41,055 nucleotides of DNA from Nitrosopumilaceae archaeon (GTDB lineage: Archaea; Thermoproteota; Nitrososphaeria; Nitrososphaerales; Nitrosopumilaceae): NCBI GenBank assembly GCA_052389415.1, contig JBQTHX010000019.1:1-41055 (forward strand), given 5' to 3'. The notes under the pieces were generated by a model. The model searched no databases. It was not told the DNA's origin and saw nothing but the letters and a program-made list of their open reading frames with translations. The position numbers and the translations under genes were made by a program. Shown here in pieces: positions 8,999 to 18,260 of the stretch (its first letter is position 1; the number at the start of each line of letters is the position of its first letter).

Positions 8999-10156
8999 AT
9001 GGCTAGATCTGCATCTGAAATCAGAAAAGCAATAGAATCTAACTGGAACGAATATCTGTCAAGATATGGTAATCTTTTTTCTTCTAACTTTATTAGCGGT
9101 TCAACTCCGCCTTCTGTTTTTGTAGGATCCTATGGGTACCCTAAAGTTGCTGTAGGACCAATGCTGCCTCCAATACATGGTGATACGATGATACTTGACT
9201 TGCCCGAACGTTGGTTAGGAAAAAGCCTTGAGGAAATTGTAAATTATAGATTAAATCTAGTCAGAGGAATACAACAAGTAAAAATTTCAAACATTCGCGA
9301 AAAATATATCGAAAATCTGCAAGAAGTATCTATGGCAACAAAACCAATAGATTCCGATATAGATTTTGTTAGAATGTCAAACCATACTACGATCGATGGT
9401 GAAAATCCTCCGTTTGGTCCGATTGGGGAAATAAAGAAAGTACAATTTTCAAACTCATCATCAGATAAGAATATTCAAAGAGTTTTTTACGACAAAGATT
9501 TGATGGCTCAGGAATCTGTATTACAATTATATAATAATGGTATTGAGATATCTAGAATTCAAAAATGCTTTAGCATTGGAATGTTTGGTAAAAACAGAAA
9601 ACTTGTTCCCACACGTTGGAGCATAACTGCAACTGATGACATTATTTCAAAATCTTTGGTTTCAGAAATAACTGAGTTTGACATAATAGACAGCTGTAGA
9701 GTTTTTACTTTTCAGCATCTTGGAAACTTTTTCTCCATCGTTTTATTTCCAAGTAGATGGATGTTTGAGATGCAAGAGGCGTGGTATGATTTACAAGGTA
9801 ATGTTGGATTTGGTTCAGATTTTGAAGATGCAAGAGGACTTGATCATTATCCTAATACTGCAGGAGCGCATTTTGCATCAAGATTAGGAGTAGCTGAGTA
9901 TCTTTTCAAAAACAAAGTACAAGCAGGAGTGATAGTATTACGTGAAATTAGACCAGAATATGCTATACCTCTTGGTGTATGGCAAATTAGAGAAGGAATT
10001 CGTATGGCCATGAAACAAATTCCAATTATTGCTTCAAGTTTTGAAGAAGGATTTGTCTTGGCATGTAGGACTCTTAGCATAGACAAAAAAGAATGGCTTG
10101 CTAATAGTAATTTGCAAAGAGCTCGAAGACAAAAATCAATATCTGATTTTTTCTAG
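8999..10156 (+). CDS. nreA: Nre family DNA repair protein
   Basis: GSTPPSVFVGSYGYPKV.VGP, RKLVPTRWSITATDD, REIRPEYAIPLGVWQIRE; C-terminal PIP box QKSISDFF. Confidence 0.92.
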   Translation: MARSASEIRKAIESNWNEYLSRYGNLFSSNFISGSTPPSVFVGSYGYPKVAVGPMLPPIHGDTMILDLPERWLGKSLEEIVNYRLNLVRGIQQVKISNIREKYIENLQEVSMATKPIDSDIDFVRMSNHTTIDGENPPFGPIGEIKKVQFSNSSSDKNIQRVFYDKDLMAQESVLQLYNNGIEISRIQKCFSIGMFGKNRKLVPTRWSITATDDIISKSLVSEITEFDIIDSCRVFTFQHLGNFFSIVLFPSRWMFEMQEAWYDLQGNVGFGSDFEDARGLDHYPNTAGAHFASRLGVAEYLFKNKVQAGVIVLREIRPEYAIPLGVWQIREGIRMAMKQIPIIASSFEEGFVLACRTLSIDKKEWLANSNLQRARRQKSISDFF

Positions 10157-10196
10157 CTCCTAGAGTTTTTATTTGCCAGTAATTGCTCAGTAAATA

Positions 10197-11147
10197 ATGC
10201 AAGAAAGAACAACAACTTATGCAATTATATTGCTTGCATGTCCTACAATATTCGCACTTGCAGCGTTTCCAGATTCTTTTAGTCTAAGCTGGAATCAAGG
10301 AAGGGGAGGATTTCTCTTTGGACTTGCATTTATGGTTGCTGAGCTTGTTGGATTTAGACTTGGTATTGCTAAAAAGAAATTGCTTGCAGTAATACCACTT
10401 GCCGTTCTTACAATGATTTATCTTATTGGTCTTGAATTCGGTTTACGAGACTATATAGTTTCCATTGCTCCACAATTTAATGTACAACTGATACACTCAT
10501 GGACATGGTTGTGGGACTTCGTAGTTATGGCGTTATTTCTTATTTCAGCTATGAGTATTCTGTTTGGTAAAAAATGGATTAGAATCTCTCCTGCAGGACC
10601 AATATTCATTGCTGGTACTGCTGCAATTTTATCGCTTGACGCTTTCTTTCCATATGATACATTAGGCCCGTTGCAATATGTAGTACCTTATTTAGTTAAA
10701 ACGAATGCGTGGATAATTGATGTTTTGAATTTGGGTGTTGCAAGTGCACGTGATAATGTTATGTTTCTAAAAGGAGATCATGGTCCGTTCGCTTTACAAG
10801 TCTTCTGGCCATCTGCAGGCGTTCACAGTGTAATAATCTATTCGCTAGTTATGATGGCCTTTCTGTTCAAGATGAACATTCCTACAAAAAGAAAAGTGGT
10901 CTATTTTATTCTTGGAATTGTAGGCACAATATGTGTAAATATGATAAGGATATTTTCATTATCTCTTTTTGCATTAAAAATATCAACAAATGTTGCAGAA
11001 TTTGAAGAATTTCATTCTGTGGCAGGTGAGATAATGTTCTTGCCATGGCTCTTCATCTTTTTAGTTGTAGTAACATACATAGAAACAAAACGAATTAAAA
11101 AATTCGAAATTGCAAAAGAACATGATAAAAATAAACAGGAACATTAA
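10197..11147 (+). CDS. thaumarchaeosortase (exosortase/archaeosortase family)
   Basis: Multi-TM protein; VFWPSAGVHS (Ser where other exosortases have Cys), VN.IRI (Arg) and FH..AG (His). Confidence 0.88.
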   Translation: MQERTTTYAIILLACPTIFALAAFPDSFSLSWNQGRGGFLFGLAFMVAELVGFRLGIAKKKLLAVIPLAVLTMIYLIGLEFGLRDYIVSIAPQFNVQLIHSWTWLWDFVVMALFLISAMSILFGKKWIRISPAGPIFIAGTAAILSLDAFFPYDTLGPLQYVVPYLVKTNAWIIDVLNLGVASARDNVMFLKGDHGPFALQVFWPSAGVHSVIIYSLVMMAFLFKMNIPTKRKVVYFILGIVGTICVNMIRIFSLSLFALKISTNVAEFEEFHSVAGEIMFLPWLFIFLVVVTYIETKRIKKFEIAKEHDKNKQEH

Positions 11148-11607
11148 ACCAGGAACATATCTACTTCACGATATCTTCGATGGATTGAAACAATCCGCAG
11201 TTTTGATGGAAATATTCAAAACAAAAAATGAGCTTGATGATGTTTTTACAAAAACTAATGTGATTGTGGAAGATAGTGATCATTACATGTTCGTAAAAAA
11301 TGATGACGCAACAATTGTAATAGGATTTAATCATTTAAAAAACTCTGATTCCAGGATATTGTACCTTGATATTGTGCATGAACTTGTACATGTAAAACAA
11401 CAACGGGCTGGTCTTGATCTTTACAACAAGTCATATGCATATGTTGATAGACCAACAGAAATTGAAGCTTATGAAATAGCAGTAAAGGAAGCAAAAAACC
11501 TTGGAATGAACGACGATGAAATCATGAATTATCTATTTGTGGAATGGATAACTCCTCAAGAACATGAGAGACTGGCCTCTCATGTTGGACTTTTCAGAAA
11601 TACCTAG
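11122..11607 (+). CDS. small HExxH zincin-like protein
   Basis: IVHELVHVKQ followed by RPTEIEAY (candidate third ligand Glu); ATG at 11122 preferred over TTG at 11110. Confidence 0.75.
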   Translation: MIKINRNIKPGTYLLHDIFDGLKQSAVLMEIFKTKNELDDVFTKTNVIVEDSDHYMFVKNDDATIVIGFNHLKNSDSRILYLDIVHELVHVKQQRAGLDLYNKSYAYVDRPTEIEAYEIAVKEAKNLGMNDDEIMNYLFVEWITPQEHERLASHVGLFRNT

Positions 11608-12688
11608 TTATGCTATCTTGACCTGATATCTCAGAAAGATCGGAGACTCTAACCCCTATCCGACGTACCAATATTTTTTGATCTTCTAGAGATTCTACAA
11701 GAAGTTGCAAAACTATTTTTTTTAGTTCGTCAAGACTAGTAGTAGAATTTCTAAGAGTTCTAGATTTTGTTTTGTTTGATAAATCTGATTGTACAAACTG
11801 AATTCCTATAGATTTAAACATTAAATCGTCTTTTAGAATTGCAGCATGTACATCTTCACATAATTTCACTAACTCTTTTGCAAGAAAGTGGTATTCCTTT
11901 GAATCCTCCTTTAAGGTAATTATTCTACTGTATTGTGTGGCTTCTTGTCTAGGAGCAACTGGTTCATCATCAATTCCTCTTGCCGCGTTGTAAATATACG
12001 TACCAATTTTTCTGCCAAACATACTGTTAAGTGAGAATACATCAACTTTTTTTAATTCTGATATAGTCTCCAAACCCATCTCTGAGAATTTCTCTTCTGA
12101 TTTTTTACCAATTCCAGGAATCACTCGAATCGGAAGTGTATCCAAGAATGTTTCGACTTTTTCAGGTGGTACAATCGTAAGCCCATCAGGTTTCTTAAAA
12201 TCTGAAGCAATTTTTGAAACAAGTTTGTTGGTAGAAACTCCTACAGTACATGACAGTTTAACAGAATTGCGTATGGCATTTTTTAATTGTTGGGCCAGGT
12301 GACCTGCATTGACGAAACTTCCCTCTGTTCTTTTTGAGACATCCAAATATGCCTCATCTCTTCCTACGTACTCAAAAATGTCTGCAAACTCTTTAATCAC
12401 GTTCATAGAATTTTGTGAGATCTCTGAATAATAATCAAAGTCTGTGGGAAGAAAAACCGCTTCAATTGAGCTTTCTAGTTTTTTTTTGGCAAATCTAATT
12501 GGCATCCCTGATTTCACTCCATATTTTCTAGCAAGGTAATTTGCAGTAGCTATGGCACCACTATCGCCCCCACGATCCGAAAAAACACACACAGCAACGG
12601 GTTTTGTCTTTAGATCTGGATTGCGTAGTTCTTCGCATTGAGCAAAGAAGTAATCAAAATCAACATGAAAAATAATTCTTTGTTCCAT
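11594..12688 (-). CDS. dinB: Y-family DNA polymerase IV
   Basis: HVDFDYFFAQCE, ATANY.AR.YGVKSGMP, DEAYLD, KIASDFKKPDG, IPGIG; C-terminal PIP-like QDSITRYF. Confidence 0.95.
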   Translation of the reverse strand: MEQRIIFHVDFDYFFAQCEELRNPDLKTKPVAVCVFSDRGGDSGAIATANYLARKYGVKSGMPIRFAKKKLESSIEAVFLPTDFDYYSEISQNSMNVIKEFADIFEYVGRDEAYLDVSKRTEGSFVNAGHLAQQLKNAIRNSVKLSCTVGVSTNKLVSKIASDFKKPDGLTIVPPEKVETFLDTLPIRVIPGIGKKSEEKFSEMGLETISELKKVDVFSLNSMFGRKIGTYIYNAARGIDDEPVAPRQEATQYSRIITLKEDSKEYHFLAKELVKLCEDVHAAILKDDLMFKSIGIQFVQSDLSNKTKSRTLRNSTTSLDELKKIVLQLLVESLEDQKILVRRIGVRVSDLSEISGQDSITRYF

Positions 12689-12765
12689 AATATTCTAGAT
12701 TAGAAAATGTTTATTACATTATCGAATCAAATCATCTAAATATCTTTCAAAAACATGCTAAGACT

Positions 12766-13014
12766 ATGGATTATCCTGTAGTCGCCCAGCCAGAAGGAGT
12801 GAAGATAAATCCTGAAAAAATGGAAATCGATAAACTTTATCACTGCATATTCAAAGATAAAGTTCTACTTTTTTTCAAAGATCAAAGTGATATGTTAAAC
12901 TGTTATGAAATAGACGAACATGATTTAGTAGATTCTATCAAAAGATGTTCGTTTCCTGAGGAATTAGAAACCATCCTACAAAAATTTATACAAAAAGAAA
13001 ATCTCAACCATTAA
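12766..13014 (+). CDS. hypothetical protein
   Basis: 82-codon ATG ORF upstream of alba, same strand. Confidence 0.7.
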   Translation: MDYPVVAQPEGVKINPEKMEIDKLYHCIFKDKVLLFFKDQSDMLNCYEIDEHDLVDSIKRCSFPEELETILQKFIQKENLNH

Positions 13015-13039
13015 ATAAAACACAACTTGAGATGGGGCT

Positions 13040-13324
13040 GTGAGTCGGCCGCCAAATATTATTTTTATCGGCAAGAAGCCTATTATGACATACGTAAACG
13101 CTACTCTTACGCTTCTTGCAAATGAGCCTACCGTGACCATAAAGGCAAGAGGGAAAAGTATAACGACGGCTGTAGATGTTTCACAGATGATAGTAAAAAG
13201 ACTAGATGCGATGGGTTACAAGATCACTGGTGTAAGGATATTCTCAGACCGTATGACATCATTGGATGGAAGAGAACGAAACGTCTCTACCATGGAGATA
13301 GATGTATCGAGTACCCAAAAATGA
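13040..13324 (+). CDS. albA: Alba DNA/RNA-binding protein
   Basis: IFIGKKP.M.YV, IKARGK.I..AVDV, RNVSTMEI. Confidence 0.93.
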   Translation: MSRPPNIIFIGKKPIMTYVNATLTLLANEPTVTIKARGKSITTAVDVSQMIVKRLDAMGYKITGVRIFSDRMTSLDGRERNVSTMEIDVSSTQK

Positions 13325-13554
13325 AAAATTTTTCAAAATATGGCATTATTGCTGCAGTGACAATATTTAGTGCAATTCTATTTTATAATTTTGGGTTTGC
13401 AAATAGCTGCCAAATCAAACATTTGACAACTGTAAATGAAATAAAAGAATATCAGAAATTGTTAGAACCAGAGCTTTGCGACAATCTTGTGAATAAAATT
13501 ATTGAATTAAATGAAGAATGTGATATTGAAATCGAACCCATTGATTGTGGTTAG
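13321..13554 (+). CDS. small secreted/membrane-anchored Cys-containing hypothetical protein
   Basis: ATGA overlap with the alba stop; N-terminal TM/signal; four Cys, ending DCG. Confidence 0.65.
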   Translation: MKNFSKYGIIAAVTIFSAILFYNFGFANSCQIKHLTTVNEIKEYQKLLEPELCDNLVNKIIELNEECDIEIEPIDCG

Positions 13555-14165
13555 CTTAAAGATTCTATTAGAAAAACCATACCAAAGTATATCAAAATAC
13601 CGCTAATTCCAATCATAAACATTGTGTAGCTTCTATTTGATAGGATTTTTTTTCCTTTTGAGGACATAAATGCTACGGCACAAAGCCACGCATAATCCAT
13701 CCATATGTGAAAAGCAAACATTATGGCAATTCCTGTAAATGATGCAATAAGTAGAGCATCAGAAATCAGCTTGAACCCGATTGTGAACCACCAGATAAGA
13801 AAGAATGGATTTAATGCACAAAGTATTATCCCTGCAAGAAATGGTCCGTACTTTCTTTCAAAAACGACATTTGGTTTTAGAACTGATCTGATTTGAATTG
13901 CCGCAAATACAAAAAGACTGATCGCACCAAGCAAGGAAATTGTTTCCCTAAATTGAGGTATGTTCTCTAATGAGATTGCTCCAAATCCTAGCAAAATTAC
14001 AAGGGGTAACTCTACTACTGTGTGACCATGTGCCATCTTTAGGCCTGCTTTAGTGCCTTCCCTTATGCCATAAGCTATGTTTGCTGCAAAAAGAGGACCC
14101 GGAGACATAACCCCAGAGACAGAAATTATTATTACTGCAACTGCAAACTCCACAAGTTGCGTCAT
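13551..14165 (-). CDS. LysE family transporter
   Basis: SGVMSPGPL, G..AGL..A.GH..VE, LNPFF..WW.T.G; hydrophobic. Confidence 0.9.
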   Translation of the reverse strand: MTQLVEFAVAVIIISVSGVMSPGPLFAANIAYGIREGTKAGLKMAHGHTVVELPLVILLGFGAISLENIPQFRETISLLGAISLFVFAAIQIRSVLKPNVVFERKYGPFLAGIILCALNPFFLIWWFTIGFKLISDALLIASFTGIAIMFAFHIWMDYAWLCAVAFMSSKGKKILSNRSYTMFMIGISGILIYFGMVFLIESLS

Positions 14166-14198
14166 TTTAATTTAGAGATAGAGTTTTGATATAAGGAT

Positions 14199-14447
14199 TT
14201 AATATGAAAAGATCTTACAATCTTTCTCTGTATTTGATCTCAGGAAATTAAGAACTTCTTCTGCATTTATAAAATATGAAAATTCTTCTTTGTTGTTTGT
14301 AGATGTGTTTACACAATACCGTTTTGCAGATTTGTTTACAAAGATCATATTTGATTTATTTTCTATTCTTATTCCTTCATCTAGGTCAAGCACTTTGATT
14401 GCCTTCTCCAAACTGTCTTTTGTTATTTCTTTTTCTTGATATGTCAT
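14199..14447 (-). CDS. hypothetical protein
   Basis: 82-codon ORF with a 4-nt overlap to the PAC2 gene stop. Confidence 0.65.
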   Translation of the reverse strand: MTYQEKEITKDSLEKAIKVLDLDEGIRIENKSNMIFVNKSAKRYCVNTSTNNKEEFSYFINAEEVLNFLRSNTEKDCKIFSY

Positions 14448-15157
14448 CCATACATTGCATCCTTTAGTGGTTCTGCGTCCTCTTCAGTTTTTTTGATACT
14501 CTGTTCCACAACCTCAGCTTCTTGCAAAAGAGATCTTAAATCACAAGCCGTCCCTGGAACAATCTTTGACATTGCCATACAAATTTGTGCACCGGCTTTG
14601 AAATCTGGGCCCTTCTCTCTTGAGTTAGATAAGAGGACTATCACATTTGTGTCTGATAGCGTACCTTCATTTAACAAGATTCCTGGAATTCCTGGAATTG
14701 TCCCATTAGATAATAGAGGTATGCCAGCGTCTGTCAGCTTCTTTTTTGCTTCTTTAGTACTACCTACTCCAATAATAAAAGATTCTTGTTCATCACTCCG
14801 AATCGCAGAGCTGCTTACAATATACGCACACTTGTGTTTATTTGCCCAGTTCAACATGGTTTTTGCAACTTGTCTATGAAGAGATTCGTGTGGAGTAAGA
14901 TATGATGAAAAAATTGCTACCTTGAGATTGTTGTTTACAAAAATCCTTGTAGGAAAATTAGGTAGACCATCTTTTATTATGGAAAGAGGCGGAAAAAGAT
15001 CAGAATCGATTACGCCTGCCATTTCAAACTGTACTGTACTTATCATCGATTCCGTGGCTATGGCACTGGCTAATCCTGCATAAGGAAATCCATCGAGTAA
15101 ATATCCTCCTTGGATCTCAATTGGTTTAATCTCTCTCACGGTGATATCATGAGACAT
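14444..15157 (-). CDS. proteasome assembly chaperone PAC2 family protein
   Basis: LLDGFP.AGLAS.IA, IDSDLFPP.S, G.I.GI.G.LL, GPD..A.A, C-terminal MYG (HbYX motif). Confidence 0.9.
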   Translation of the reverse strand: MSHDITVREIKPIEIQGGYLLDGFPYAGLASAIATESMISTVQFEMAGVIDSDLFPPLSIIKDGLPNFPTRIFVNNNLKVAIFSSYLTPHESLHRQVAKTMLNWANKHKCAYIVSSSAIRSDEQESFIIGVGSTKEAKKKLTDAGIPLLSNGTIPGIPGILLNEGTLSDTNVIVLLSNSREKGPDFKAGAQICMAMSKIVPGTACDLRSLLQEAEVVEQSIKKTEEDAEPLKDAMYG

Positions 15158-15339
15158 ATTTTTTCTACAATTCGCATCCTATTAAATCAGGATGTATCAA
15201 TCAGTATCCAACTTTGATAACGAAAATCCTTTAATTGAATAAATTAGTTCCATGATTCCATAATAAAGATATGTATTCCTTTTTGTTACGTTCTAATCCT
15301 AAAGAATAATTTGCACTCGAATGATTACAAACTTGATAA

Positions 15340-15804
15340 TTAGGGAGTATCTGATTGATCTAATATGGCAGAAGTTATCAGATTTTGTGTTCCCATAAAT
15401 GCCATGCTGGCAACCGGGCTTTCTAACAATCTATTTATTGCGTTTAAAAGATCATCAAAATCAAAGGTTTTATCAATTATCTCTACTGAGGGCGTGCCTG
15501 ATAATCGTTCAACAACGTCACTTCTTAGTACTGCCGTTACCATCAATATCTTTGCGCTTCCATTTACTAGTCTAATGTTTTGTAGAGCGTAAAACCCATC
15601 ATAGAAAGGCATCATTATATCCAAAAAGACAACATCTGGTCTTAGCTTCTGGTACAATTCAACTGCCTCTTTTCCATTATAACCTACTCCGATGACATTT
15701 ATGCCGCAGAAATGAAGACGTTCAGAAAGCATCCTTACAATGACCTTATCATCATCAATGACGATAGCTGAGATTGTTTTCTTCTTTTTTGTAATATTTT
15801 CCAC
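15340..15804 (-). CDS. stand-alone response regulator receiver
   Basis: IVIDDD, PDVVFLDIMMP..DG, ILMVTA, K(T)F; no output domain; no kinase in the window. Confidence 0.9.
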   Translation of the reverse strand: MENITKKKKTISAIVIDDDKVIVRMLSERLHFCGINVIGVGYNGKEAVELYQKLRPDVVFLDIMMPFYDGFYALQNIRLVNGSAKILMVTAVLRSDVVERLSGTPSVEIIDKTFDFDDLLNAINRLLESPVASMAFMGTQNLITSAILDQSDTP

Positions 15805-15910
15805 AGGGGAGAATTATTTTATTTTGATATGATGATTGGTATGTCTTATTAAGAAATAACAAACATAATTTTTTCAAGAATGACCAAAAAGTGTTTGCAT
15901 ATATAAAAAT

Positions 15911-15949
15911 ATTACAAAAAATTATACAAAAAACTATACAAAAACTATT
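15911..15949. repeat. short imperfect tandem repeat TACAAAAA(A), three copies
   Basis: attacaaaaaa-ttatacaaaaaa-ctatacaaaaa-ctatt in the intergenic region between the divergent receiver and Lrp genes. Confidence 0.5.
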
Positions 15950-16034
15950 AATTTTCTAATCAATTGAATCTGTTTATTAAGCAAAATTTGTAATGCACGG
16001 ATATGATTTTATTTAGTGAAAACATACCCACCTT

Positions 16035-16280
16035 GTGGAAACGTTATACATCCTCATAAACTGTGACTTAGGTTCAGAAGTTGATATAATAAACGAGTTT
16101 ATGAAAATCTCAGAAGTAAAAGAAGTACGTGGAACCTATGGGGTTTATGATATCTTTGTTAAACTTCAAGGTGACACAAGAGAATCTTTGGAAAAAATAA
16201 TTACACATAAGATTCGTAGAATTCCAAAAATCCGTTCAACTGTAACCTTGGCTCCAATCATGGCTCAGGGTGGACGATAA
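16035..16280 (+). CDS. Lrp/AsnC ligand-binding domain protein (no HTH)
   Basis: YILINC..G, V.EV.GTYG.YDI.VK, IR.IP.IRST.TL; 81 aa. Confidence 0.9.
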   Translation: METLYILINCDLGSEVDIINEFMKISEVKEVRGTYGVYDIFVKLQGDTRESLEKIITHKIRRIPKIRSTVTLAPIMAQGGR

Positions 16281-16290
16281 ACTAAAAAAA

Positions 16291-17451
16291 ATGGTTAAAC
16301 TGTTCAATTCTTTTTCCTCTGAAAAAGAAAACTTTGAACCTTTTGACAAATTAAATATTAAGATATTCATATGTGGACCTACATTATACGATTATACCCA
16401 TCTTGGTCATGCAAGAATTTTTCTGATATGTGATTTTCTATGCAGATTTCTGGCAAGTAAAGGCTACAAAACAGACGTTCTAGTAAACATGACTGACATC
16501 AATCAAAGTGTCTTTAACAAGGCATTAGATCAGCAAACTGATTATAACACATTAACTAGATTCTATTCAAACGAATTCATCAAAGACCTGAATCTATTAA
16601 ACATACACAACATAACAAGATTTGCTCATGTTTCTGACTACGTTCATTGTATTGTAAAACACATCTCATACCTAAAACAAAACAACTTTGCATACTCGGC
16701 CAACGGAAATATCTATTTTGATACTCAAAAGATAAAGAACTATGGAGAGATCTCAAAGCAGACTAGAAAACAACTAGGATTGCATCGGCTAGATATCGGT
16801 CCAAATAAGAAAAATCCAGAAGATTTTATGCTCTGGAACTGTTCTGAAGATTTTGGTTTTTCTTGGAACGGAGAATTTGGTAAAGGCGTACCATGGTGGC
16901 ATATACAAGACACCACGGTGGCTCTTGAAAATTTTGGTCAGCACTATGATATTCACGGAGGAGCAAAGGAACTTGCATATCCCCATCATGATGCACATCT
17001 TGCTCAATACAAAGCTATGACTGGGATAGAAAATCCAGTCAAAAGGTGGATGTATATTGGATTGGTTTTATCCAAAAGAGAAAAAATGTCAAAATCTCTT
17101 GGGAATATGGTCTTAGCTCGTGATCTAGTAGACAAATACGGTCAAAATTTGATAAGATTATACTTGTTCTCGACACATTACAGAGACGACGTAGATTACT
17201 CAGAAGAAGGACTATCTGATAAAAAGAAATTTTTAAAAAAAATACTTTATGTCAAAAATAAAAAATCCCCCAAATCATCATCTATGATTTCTGGTCTTAT
17301 TGAGGACTTTTTTAAGAACCTTGAGGATGATCTCAACTCACCAAAAGCCTTAGAAGTTTTTGAAAAGATATGTGATTTGTCACTAAAAGATGAGGCTATT
17401 AGTGAACAAGACCTGGAAAAAATCATAAACATTCTTGGATTGTCACTATGA
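16291..17451 (+). CDS. truncated cysteinyl-tRNA synthetase paralog (MshC-like architecture)
   Basis: CGPT.YD..HLGHAR (HIGH), DF.LW, DIHGG...L.YPHH, KMSKSLGN, DDLNSP.AL; ends with no anticodon-binding domain; altered WWHIQDT and PHHDAH motifs. Start is ATG 16291 or GTG 16270. Confidence 0.85.
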   Translation: MVKLFNSFSSEKENFEPFDKLNIKIFICGPTLYDYTHLGHARIFLICDFLCRFLASKGYKTDVLVNMTDINQSVFNKALDQQTDYNTLTRFYSNEFIKDLNLLNIHNITRFAHVSDYVHCIVKHISYLKQNNFAYSANGNIYFDTQKIKNYGEISKQTRKQLGLHRLDIGPNKKNPEDFMLWNCSEDFGFSWNGEFGKGVPWWHIQDTTVALENFGQHYDIHGGAKELAYPHHDAHLAQYKAMTGIENPVKRWMYIGLVLSKREKMSKSLGNMVLARDLVDKYGQNLIRLYLFSTHYRDDVDYSEEGLSDKKKFLKKILYVKNKKSPKSSSMISGLIEDFFKNLEDDLNSPKALEVFEKICDLSLKDEAISEQDLEKIINILGLSL

Positions 17452-18155
17452 TCTCGAAAATAGAAGAAAATGAATATGGATTCACAAGTGTTTGGAGCAA
17501 CATGACAAAACTGGATTGTGGACTATTTTTTGTAAACCCAAATCTACCAAATGACATTTTTTTTAATAAATTAACAAACATTACTTGTTTAAATGAAAAA
17601 ATGATAGATGATGCACTTGTTTTATTTAAAAAAAACAATACGCAGCCATTTGTATATGTGTTAAATAACGAAAAACTTGAAAAATTGTTACAAAAAAAAA
17701 ATTTCAGGCTGTATGACACTCATCATATAATGAAAAAAACCATATCTCATCCAATAAATCACGATCCAGTTCATCATATTGCAAGAAAAGATTCATTATT
17801 GTGGACTGAAGTTTTCTGCAAATCTTATGACTGTCTTGACTGGGCTGAAGAAGTCAATTCAATTGTCCGAAATTCGATTTCTAACGTAGATTATTTGGTG
17901 GATTCTGAATACAACTCCTCATGTGTGGCATTATATGAAAAAAATTCTGTGTTGGGGTTATACTGTCTTGGAACTATTCCTGAATCTAGGAATAAAGGGT
18001 TGGCAAGATCATTAATTTATTATGCATTAAATCAAGTAAGAGAAAAAAATTTAGATTTTTTGATACTTGAAACATATGCTCGTGATAATTTACTACAATT
18101 TTATTCAAATTTAGGATTTAAACAGATTTACGAAAAAAAAGTATACACTATTTGA
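17448..18155 (+). CDS. GNAT family N-acetyltransferase
   Basis: LGTIPESRNKGLARSLI (acetyl-CoA motif A), FY..LGF; ATGA overlap with the upstream gene. Confidence 0.9.
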   Translation: MISKIEENEYGFTSVWSNMTKLDCGLFFVNPNLPNDIFFNKLTNITCLNEKMIDDALVLFKKNNTQPFVYVLNNEKLEKLLQKKNFRLYDTHHIMKKTISHPINHDPVHHIARKDSLLWTEVFCKSYDCLDWAEEVNSIVRNSISNVDYLVDSEYNSSCVALYEKNSVLGLYCLGTIPESRNKGLARSLIYYALNQVREKNLDFLILETYARDNLLQFYSNLGFKQIYEKKVYTI

Positions 18156-18260
18156 GTTTAGAAAGTAGTACAGAATAAAGAAACGGAAGTATTGTTATAG
18201 CTTCGGCAGAATCACAAGTAATTAATATGATGGAATAAGTTGCGTAATTATCGATATAAT

